A program made the translations under genes and the position numbers. A DNA stretch of 64,000 nucleotides from Octopus vulgaris (lineage: Eukaryota): positions 59,892,001 to 59,956,000 of the forward strand of contig OX597819.1 of NCBI GenBank assembly GCA_951406725.2, written 5' to 3'. The notes under the pieces were generated by a model, which was given only the letters and a program-made list of their open reading frames with translations, was not told the DNA's origin and made no database searches. This document shows, in pieces, positions 53,990 to 64,000 of this stretch. The number at the start of each line of letters is the position of its first letter. Within the stretch, counting starts at the first letter, position 1.

Positions 53990-54412
53990 TTTACTCTTTT
54001 ACACTTTTACTTGTTTCAGTCATTTGACTGCGACCATGCTGGAGCACTGCCTTTTAGTCGAGCAAATCAACTCCAGGACTAATTCTTTGTAAGCCTAGTA
54101 CTTATTCTATCGGTTTCTTTTGCCAAACCGCCAAGTTACGGGGACGTAAACACACCAACATCAGTTGTCAAGCGATGTTGGCAGGGGGGACAAACACAGA
54201 CTCACAAACATATACACACATACATATACATATATATACATATATATATGACGGGCTTCTTTCAGTTTCCGTCTACCAAATCCACTCACAAGGCTTTGGT
54301 AAGCCCGAGGCTATAGTAGAAAACACTTGCCCGAGGTGCCATGCAGTAGGACTGAACCCAGAACCATGTGGTTCATAAGCAAGCCACTTACCACACAGCC
54401 ACTCCTACGCCT
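53990..54412 (-). mobile_element. SINE family A, full length
   Basis: Reverse-complement match to family A. Confidence 0.85.
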
Positions 54413-56123
54413 TTATTTAAGAAACAAAAAAAAAAATGAAACAGAATTTGGCTCTATGTAATTCTTTTTATCTTTGCCATGGTGTTGGATAAGTTTAAAA
54501 ACATTTTAATTATATTAAACGAGTTAATTTTTCTGCTCATCTCCTATTCAATCCTTACAAACCCTTGTTCTACCCTCATAAGAAACATTGGCTTCGTTAT
54601 TTTCAGTATTTCCCAATATTTTTTTTGTTGAAAATGCTAAATAAAAATCAATTAGATCTGTCATGTTTGAAGTGTTATGCTATCTTGCATGAAAATCAGA
54701 ATATAAGCATGCTGAAAAGAATTAATGATGTAAGGTGATGTATGTGCAGAAGAGAGGAATGTATCAGTATGAACGTAACGGTTATAGAGAATGAGTGATG
54801 AAAAAGTATTGTGTTTTAACAGAGGAAGATTTGAAGGAAGCAGCACCATCAAATTTCAAAGAGCTTGGCTTGCCTCATTGATGTGGTTGGTACTGGAAAA
54901 AGTTATTGTTGTCAATGATGATGATGATGAAATAAAAAATGCGTGTCATTATTTTTACTTCTCATTCAATAAGTGGATTTCTTTCATTACTGCGTAGTTA
55001 CAGACAAACTGATCATGACCAAAATGTAAATTATATTTAGTGTCACATGAGATGGAAAATATAATAAATTTAGACAAAGACACTGCTCTAAATATTAGTT
55101 ACATTCATGTGTCATTATCATATGTCACTGTTTTTACTTTAAAAAAAATGCAGTTTTATGCAAACATGCTTTACAATTAGTCAACTAAAATTTCTCCTGA
55201 TTATCCATGAGCTTCATGAAGTTTTTGACTCTTCACCCCCATCCTATAATTCCTTTAATTTGAACTCAATTTATCTTTTGTTTGTATATTTACAAAGCTT
55301 ATCTCTTTGATGAAATAAAGTCCTTTTGGGTTACCCAGGTAGCATACACAGGAAACCTTGGTGAAATAAAAGAGATAAAATCAACTTATGGTCAGTAAAC
55401 TGATAAAAAAAAAAAAGAGACACTACAAGTTTGTTCAACTGAAACATGCTTTCAGTAACTTAGCTGAGGCAGGATCTGCCCCAGGTGATACTTTTTCGGG
55501 GATGGCACTTTTGGCTCTATTGTACAAGCCTGTATAGTGTATACCAGCCAAAGGGGAGTAGTGGGGAACAAACCCAGGGATAGCTCTAAGTAACACACAC
55601 TTGCAATATTTCACTTTCTTATATTAAAACTAAAGCAAGAGCAGACGGTGGCTGATTCTGTCAGTTTCTGTATACAAGTAATCCCTTGCCATGTCACCGT
55701 TCACCCATTGCAGTTTATTATGTAGGCTCATGCCGATTCCTCTGTGGTGTTATCCATATATACAAACATGGTACATAGTTGCAAAACACACACACACACA
55801 CACACACACAGACATGCACACACAAGGAGACAGAGGTGCAAACATATACAAACACACACTCACACACATACATAGAAAATACACAAACATGGACATACAA
55901 GCACGTGACTATGCAGAATACATACAGATGCACACACATAAATACATATATACATATGTATACACACACACATATATACTTACACACACATGCATACATA
56001 TATGCATACATACATACATACGTACATGCATACATGCATAGGCACACACACATACACTGACCCACACACATGCTCACAAACAAACAAAAAGGAATGCAGT
56101 GTAAATAACGGACAGAGTCAAGA

Positions 56124-56160
56124 CTATTGAAAAGGTTGCAAGACGCAATGAAAATTTTAG
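56124..56160 (+). ncRNA. Candidate minimal hammerhead ribozyme, U3-A8 variant; family copies on minus at ~50270-50460 and ~52560-52757
   Basis: CUA-UUGAAAA-G-GUUGC(aagac)GCAAU-GAA-AAUU-U-UAG. Confidence 0.5.
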
Positions 56161-56991
56161 GAAAATAAAAATAAGAAATAAGTGCAAATTTTGACAGTGA
56201 GTGTGTTAGATTATAAGGCACAAAAAGAAAATGACAACAAAATATGCTTCAACACACGAACTCATATAAAGAGCCTGGCGAACCAAATCCAAAAATGAAA
56301 TATATACAAATTATAAAAATAATTAAAAAAATATACAGCACAGTACTACATCTACTTTGTGGATTTTCACTTATCATGGAGTGTTTTGGAAAGTAACACC
56401 TGCGACAGACAAGGGATTACTGTATATCTTATTTGTCCTTCATTTTCCAAGATGACCAAGACTTCACCTGACAGTCTACTGTCAGCAATTACAACGTTTT
56501 GATAGGTGAAGTCTTGGTCATCACTTGTCAAAAATTATCACCAATGGAGAGTGTAATCTTGTGGACAAAATGAGAATTACATAATGCAATTCTATATTTA
56601 TATTATATACTAGCAGATATACCTGGCATTGTTCAGGATTAAACTTGCATAGTTTTTTTATTGTTTTACTTGATTCAGACATGTGACTGCAGCCATGCAG
56701 GAGCACCACCTTCAGTCAAACAAATTGACCCCAGGATTCATTCTTTGTAAGCCTAGTACTTATTCTATCAGTCTCTTTTGCCGAACTGCTAAGTTATGGG
56801 GGCGTAAACACAGCAACATCAGTTGTCATGCAATGGTGGGGGGACAAACACACATGCACGCGTGCACAAATATACACACATATACAACAATCTTCTTTCA
56901 GTTTCCATGTACGAAATCCACTCTCACGGCTTTGGTTGACCTGAGGCTATAGTATTTATACACACACACACACACACACATATATATATGC

Positions 56992-57024
<33 letters not shown>

Positions 57025-57115
57025 CACACACACACATACATACACACACACACACATATATATATACATACACACTCACACACACATATATATACACACA
57101 CACACACACACAATC

Positions 57116-57143
<28 letters not shown>

Positions 57144-57148
<5 letters not shown>

Positions 57149-57329
57149 AAACAGAAAATGGAGATAAAATTGATGAATGACAACTGATATACACCGATTA
57201 TCATTTATTAACTAATTACAAAAAGACCAAATCTCATCTTACAGCTGTTTCTGTTTTAATTAATAAATGATAATTACTGTACATCAGTTGTCATTCATTA
57301 ATTTTATCTCCATTTTCTGTTTTCCCTAT
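57144..57329. repeat. Long palindrome (~70-bp arms)
   Basis: Direct comparison; the spacer holds GAAACAGCTGTA on the minus strand. Confidence 0.8.
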
Positions 57330-57462
57330 ATATAGATAAGCTTTATCTCAATATCTATCATTCACAAGTATTAATACTAATACTCATAATCACACATGGG
57401 TAATACACGAGTTGATTCATTGGATACAACTTTCACTTAGACAGTTATTATAACCTTTAATT

Positions 57463-58440
57463 TCACTCATCTCTACTCTCGCTCAGAGTAAAAGGTAGAC
57501 TGTATGATGCATATGTATGAACAGCCATGCTACATGGCAGCGAAACATGGGCCGTGACTGCTGAGGACATGCATAAGGTCGCAAGGAACGAAGCCAGTAT
57601 GATCCGATGGATGTGTAATGTCAGTGTGCATACTCGACAGAGTGTAAGTACCTTGAGAGAAAAGTTGAACCTAAGAAGCATCAGATGTGGTGTGCGAGAG
57701 AGACGACTGCACTGGTATGATCATGTGGCGAGAATGGACGAGGATAGCTGTGTGAAAAAGTGCCACACTCTAGCGGTTGAGGGAGTCTGTGGAAGAGGTA
57801 GACCCAGGAAGACCTGGGATGAAGTGGTGAAGCACGACGTTCAAACATTAGGCGTCACCAAGGCAATGGCTAGTGACCGAGACCTTTGGAAATATGCTGT
57901 GCTCGAGAAGACCCGGCAAACCAAATCAGACCATAACTTCATGGCCTATGCCTGGGGTGTAACCAGCCCACGTATGTGTACCTTTCCTTCATTGGACACT
58001 AAACTCTGCATGCAAAGACCTGCTGAGGCAAGTGAAATCGAAATCAAAATCAAATTTGATGACTGGCGTCCATGCAAGTGGAGAGCTAATTGCACCATCC
58101 GAGAGTGATCGTTGCCAGAGGGGCTAACTGGTTTTGTACTGCTGGCACGTAAAAAGCACCTTTCGAATGTGGTCGTTTCCAGCGTCACCTTACTGGCACT
58201 TGTGCTGGTGGCACGTGAAAAAACATTTGAGTGAGGTTGTTGCCAGTGCTACTGGACTGGCTCCTGTGCAGGTGGCATGTAAAAAACACCATTTGAACAT
58301 TGCTGTTGCCAGTACTGCCTGACTGGCCCTCGTGCCGGTTGCAAGTAAAAGCACCCACTACACTCTCGGAGTGGTTGGCGTTAGGAAGGGTATCCAGCTG
58401 TAGAAACTCTGCCAGATCAAGATTGGAGCCTGGTGCAGCC
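57463..58440 (+). mobile_element. RTE-type LINE, 5'-truncated (ORF C-terminus plus repeat-containing 3'UTR)
   Basis: MLHGSETWAVT...RRLHWYDHVARMDEDSCVKKC...GRGRPRKTWDEVVKHD. 3'UTR-only copies ending in (GAT)n at ~12140-12600(-), 22570-22860(-), 23480-24120(+), 32690-32900(+), 51890-52280(-), 58820-59465(+), 63295-63705(-). Confidence 0.9.
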
Positions 58441-58684
58441 ATCTTGACAACTGAAGCTGATGTGTTTACGTCCCTGTTACTTAGCAGTTTGGCAAAAGAG
58501 ACTGATAGAATAAGTACTAGGCTTACAAAGAATAGGTCCTGGGGTTGATTTTCCTGTCTTTGAAGACTCATAGTGGTGCTCCAGCATGGCCACTGTCAAA
58601 TGACTGAAACGAGTAAAAGAATAAATATCTACATATATATACCTACATGTATATATTCACACACATATATCTATACATATATAC

Positions 58685-58719
<35 letters not shown>

Positions 58720-58737
58720 CATGCACATATATAGGAG

Positions 58738-58769
<32 letters not shown>

Positions 58770-60044
58770 GTAATATATAATATATATTATATTATGTATA
58801 TATATATACATACATATACATAAATCAAAATCGGAATCGAAATTGAACCAATCCTATGACTAGCACCCGGCAGTTGCCAGGACCGCTGGACTGACTCCTG
58901 TGCAGGTGGTAAGTGAAGAAACACCATTTCGACCCTGTGCTTCAGGAGACCCATTGAGTCAAGTACACCGACATCAAAATCAATGGAAACTGCAGTTGTG
59001 ATCCCTGAGCTGGTGGCACATAAAAAGCACCATCTGAAGGTGGCCGATGCCAGCGCCATCTAGACTGGCTTCCGTGCCAGTGGCACGTAAAAAGCGCTAT
59101 CCGAATCGTGGTCGATGCCAGCTCCGCCTTGACTGGCTTCTGTGCCAGTGGCACGTAAAAAGCACCATCCGAATTGTGGCTGATGCCAGTGCCGCCTCGA
59201 CTGGCTTCCGTGCCGGTGGCACGTAAAATGCATCAATCCGATCGTGGCCGTTGCCAGCCTCGCCTGGCACCTGTGCAGGTAGCACATAAAAAGCACCCAC
59301 TACACTCACGGAGTGGTTGGCATTAGGAAGAGCATCCAGCTGTAGAAACACTGCCAGATCAGACTGGAGCCTGGTGCAGCCTTCTGGCTTCCCAGATCCC
59401 CTATCAAACCGTCCAACCCATGCTAGCATGGAGAACGGACGTTAAACGATGATGATGATGATGATATGTGTGTGTGTGTGTGTATATATATTGATAGAAA
59501 TGGCAAGTCAACAAAAGAATGAAAGAGACCTCAATATTATGTAAATAGAGGAATTTATCTGTAACATTTATCCTTCACATATTATATATATATGTATATA
59601 TATATATATATCTGTATATGCTCACGCATATATATACACATGTATACATACGCACATACATATATATGTATATATATATATGTATATACAAAGATATACT
59701 TACACACACATACACACGCGCACACACATGCACACACACACACACATATATAGGCATATATGTGTACAGGACATCACCAATGGTGTGTTTGGTTTCCATA
59801 AATCGTAAATTTTATTCTAGAATTTATGTTAGCATCTGTCTTTGAAGACTCATATTGTCTTTGAATGTTTGAAATGAGGAGTAGATAGATAGCCGACAAC
59901 TGGTGACAGGTTCTTTCTTTGTGTTTACTTGCCTTGCTTTCCATCTTTTGTTCGTTATTTACATAGTTCACTCATTTTTCCCTTGTTTGTTTACGTATTT
60001 CATGTTATTTGCACCATCGGTGATGTCCTGTACCCATATATACA

Positions 60045-60095
<51 letters not shown>

Positions 60096-60354
60096 TCTTT
60101 TACTTGTTTCAGTCATTTGACTGCGGCCATGCTGGAGCACTGCCTTTAGTCAAGCAATTGACCCCAGGACTTATTCTTTGTAAGCCTGGTACTTATTCTA
60201 TAGGATCTCTTTTGCCGAACCGCTAAGTTACTGGGACGTAAACACACTAGCATTGGTTGTTAAGCAATGTTGGGGGGACAACATATATATATTATATATT
60301 ATTTATTATTTAACTGAACGTGATGCATCCATTTCCATATATGCATACATACAT

Positions 60355-60395
<41 letters not shown>

Positions 60396-60663
60396 TAGTG
60401 AAACTTAAACGTGAAACAATATAAAAGTGAAGCTATTTATAACTTACTCCGTCGAAGGTTTCACTTTTATTCTTCAAGTTTTGAGACGTAATATGGAAAC
60501 ATTGCCAATGTTGCATTGTTTTAATCCCAAAAAATTACATGTTGACCCCCCTGGGGTCTCATAGCATTACCATGTAAAATTTGGTCGAGCCATTTAAGAA
60601 TGCATTGGGAACAGACAGAGATACAAAAAATTTTATATATATGTAGATTAGTCACAGCACTTT

Positions 60664-61140
60664 ACTTTATCTTGATTATTGCTTTCTCTAAATTTTGACT
60701 GTGTACACTCCAGCCTTCTTCAAGTGTCTTGTAATTCATCTTAGTGCCTTGCCGGGGATTGAACTCAGAATCTCTAGGTGACTGTATTGCATTTCAGTGC
60801 CTTTATCCAATATACTATACCTGTGGTATCAGAGTTAAAGAAAAATAAAGAGGATATCACTCGGACTAATATATAGTATAAATACCTCGTCTCAGAAATA
60901 TAAAATTGTATTATCCAATTAGTATGGAGTCAACACAAGACATCTATGGAGGTCTGTAAGCCTTAAGAAAAAATTCACTCTGGCCCTGCCTACAGGTATA
61001 GTATAGTGAATAATGGTGCTGAAATACAGTACAGTCATGTAGAGGTTTTGAGTTCAATCTCAAGCACTAAGGTGAATCACAAGACACCTGAAGAAGGCTA
61101 GAGCTTACACAGCCAAAATGTAGTGAAAACAACAATGAAG
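60664..61140. repeat. Inverted repeat (~170-bp arms) with outward-facing decayed hammerhead cores
   Basis: Right arm CAC-CUGAAGA-A-GGCU..AGCC-aAAAUGUA-GUG at 61085-61125; the left arm is its reverse complement. Confidence 0.7.
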
Positions 61141-61179
61141 ACACCATTCCAAATAATACATAATAAGAATTACTATAGT

Positions 61180-61430
61180 GGAGGTGCGTGGCTTAGTGGT
61201 TAGGGTGTCAGCATCATGATTGTAAGATTGTGGTTTTGATTCCTGGATCGGGCGACGCATTGTGTTCTTGAGCAAAACACTTCATTTCACATTGCTACAG
61301 TTCACTCAGCTGGCAAAAATGAGTAACGCTGCGATGGACAGGCGTCCCATCCAGCTGGGAAACACATACACCATAGAAACTGGGAAACCGGGCCCATGAA
61401 CCTGGCTAGGCTTTAAAAGGGCACATTTAT
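61180..61430 (+). mobile_element. tRNA-derived SINE family C; relatives on minus at ~30260-30450, 31650-31952, 43375-43642, 52270-52435
   Basis: A/B boxes, CORE-like segment, gcgatggacaggcgtcccatccag segment, tail cctggctaggctttaaaagggc. Confidence 0.75.
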
Positions 61431-62936
61431 TTAGTTTTTAAGAATTACTATTACTGATACTGCTTATACCACATGTTCCATGTATCCTTATGGGCAAGGA
61501 AACTATGGAGGTGGTTATATTTAATAGTTGCAGATGTGTATGATATCCTGACTGCAATAACAAAAGATTCACCTGTTTGTTGTTAAAAAAAGTATATTAA
61601 ACTGGACTTGGATTTAATATGAGGAAGAGCTGACTTGAATGATCAGCTTCAATTTCTTATCTCGACCTCCTGGACCAGTGACAATGCAAGGTGAGATCTG
61701 GAGGTATATCAGAGATGCAGCACTGGATTATCTATTAAATAAAATAAACCTAATGCCCTAAAAATGTTAATAAGTGCACAGTTTCTCTAGTTTCTTTACT
61801 TATGATGGACTTTACTCATTAAGTTATCACCGATCCCTCCATCAAATGATCAGGTCATGTAGATAGCAGAACTTATCTACCATTAGAAATCCAAGGTCTG
61901 CTCTTTTAAACTCTGCTCAGCTTTTTGTTGATAAAATGATTAATCTTTTCTTCCTATTAAATTAAGCTTGGATTAAAGAATTCAGTTTCACATTTCATAA
62001 TCATAGTCGGGCCGATGCCAATGTTACATAACTGGCACATAAAAAACACCTTTCAAATGTTGGGTGATATGCTGTGCTTGAGAAAACCTGTCAAGCCAAG
62101 TGAAATCGTAGTCATAGCTGATGCCAGTGCCATCTGACTGGCACCTGTGCCAGTGGCATGTCAAAAGCACCGTTTGAGCATTGGGCCTTTGACTAAAATT
62201 CTTCAAGGCGGTGCCCCAGCATGGCCACAGTCTAATGACTGAAACAAATAAAGGGTGAACGATAAAATACATATGTATGACAAACTTCTATACAGCTTTG
62301 ATCTACCGAATTATATTCACAAGACATTGTATAACACAAGGCTATAGTAGAAGCCTGTTGCCCGAGGTTTTATACTGCGGAACTGAGCAAAGAACCATGT
62401 AGCTGCAAAACGAAATTCATAACTATATAGGCACAGGCGTGGCTGTATGGTAAGACATGGTTCCAGGTTCAGTCCTACTACATGGCACCTTGGCCAGGTG
62501 TCTTCTACTATAGCTCTGGGCTGACCAAAGCCCTGTGAGTGGATTTAGTAGATGTGTGTGTGTGCATGAGTGTATGTGTGTGTCTGTGTGTGTGTATTTG
62601 TCCTCCTACTATCGCTTGACAACTGATGTTGGTGTGTTTATGTTTCCGTAACTTAGTGGCTCGGCAAAAGAGATGGATAGAATAAGTACTAGGCTTACAA
62701 AGAATAAGTCCTGGGATCGATTTGTTTGACTAAAGGCAGTGCTCCAGCATGGCCACAGTCAAATGACTGAAACGAGTAAAAGAATAAAAGAATACAGCCA
62801 TGCCTATGCCTCTTAGTTTTTCCTCAATTATCTTTTCCACGACTCCCCTTTTCATCTTCTACAATGACCTTAGTCAGTGCTTATCTTTTACTAGCAACAG
62901 AAACATTCACCTTCCCTTGTTCTTCAGAATTTACAC

Positions 62937-63084
62937 CAGTTGTGGGCAACTTGCAGCCTATTAGACTTTTTGAATAATAAGCCTAAATGAAAACCTACTG
63001 GAATTTTTTTCAGTTGTGCGACCTGCCTTATGATGAGCCATGTCTCATGTGGCCTGTCTCTCACAAAATGTTGCCCATCCCCTG
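62937..63084. mobile_element. Small hAT-type MITE
   Basis: TIRs cagttgtgggcaac / gttgcccatcccctg; 8-bp TSD atttacac/ttttacac. Confidence 0.65.
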
Positions 63085-64000
63085 TTTTACACTCTAGCCT
63101 GCCTACTTTATATATATATATATATATATGCTCAAGGTACCACAGTGTGGGACTGAACCCAAAGCCCTGTAATTTACAAACATTTGAAAGTAAACCACAT
63201 GATTGGATTGTTAGCAGACATCATATCCTCCCAACAATAAGGCATTTAACCATAATATTCAAGAATAATAGTTTGGTGATGTTTAACAATATAAGTATCA
63301 TCATCATCATCATCATTTAATGTCTGTTGTCCATGCTGACATGGTCGGATGGTTTGGCCAGAGGTGGCAAGCTGCACCAGACTCCAGTCTGATTTGGCAT
63401 GGTTTCTCTGGCTGGAGGCTCTTCCTAATGCTAACCGCTTTGCAGAGTGTGCTGGGTGCTTTTACGTGACACCACATGGGTCCTTTTACATAGCACCACA
63501 TGGGTGATTTTATGTGGCACTGCATGAATGTTTTTACATGGTGCCACATGGTCACTTTTATTTGGCGTCACACGGGTGCTTTTACGTGGCACCGCCACAA
63601 ATGCTTTACAACATCAGTAGGATTGGTCTCAACATTTCTGCTGTGGAATATGGGTCTTCTTGAGTATGGCAAAGCGCCAGGCAGCTCAGTCTTTTGTCAT
63701 CTCGCCTGAAAGTTTCAGTGCCCTGAAGTTGTTCTTCAGTAGAAGTTGTATTTAATTCAGGCAAAAACTGAAAATTTTTTTCTGAGGGACTGGGGAGAGG
63801 ACTTTTGGAAAATTCATACGATCTGATTTTTTTCCTCATAACTTATAGGAAAATGGATATCTTTTAACGAAATCTTATGTAAATACCTTTCAAACGGCAT
63901 AGATTACTATTATAAAGAAATTTGTGGGGAAATTTTTTCCGAGGGGGTGAGGAGAAAACTTTCAAAGAGAAAGAAATTCATAAATTATTTTTTTGCTTGA

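Noticed and set aside
59833-59890. Additional hammerhead-like cores here, at ~24762 and at ~60440-60480(-)
   Set aside because: A UUGANGA core is present, but GAAA, stem II or stem III register is not convincing by eye, so they were not counted.
61573-61731. Minus-strand exon-like segment (AG...GTGAAT)
   Set aside because: Stops in all three frames, no recognisable protein, no partner exons found.

Overview
AT-rich eukaryotic DNA packed with microsatellites and retroposons. The repeat families and simple-repeat landscape suggest a coleoid cephalopod, probably Octopus (inference). The ORF track is almost entirely spurious. Hand-splicing reveals one complete + strand protein-coding gene, JMJD8 (signal peptide plus JmjC domain). 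It has 9 coding exons from 3295 to 42893, a 798-nt CDS and 265 aa, with GT-AG introns and consistent phases. The rest is tRNA-derived SINEs (at least 3 families), RTE- and CR1-type LINE fragments, mariner fragments, hAT MITEs, a young non-autonomous Helitron, minisatellites and many long palindromes. Main discovery candidate: several sequence-unrelated short repeat families, often in (TA)n tracts and often inverted pairs, share a minimal hammerhead-ribozyme layout of the Penelope-like type. The core 3-8 base pair covaries across families (C3-G8, G3-C8, U3-A8). Also notable are a dense STAT/NF-kB/ETS-motif minisatellite in the last JMJD8 intron and a covarying 3' stem-loop shared by a SINE and a CR1-like LINE. 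No coding exon was recognised from about 43 to 64 kb. Everything was read by eye, so repeat boundaries are approximate.
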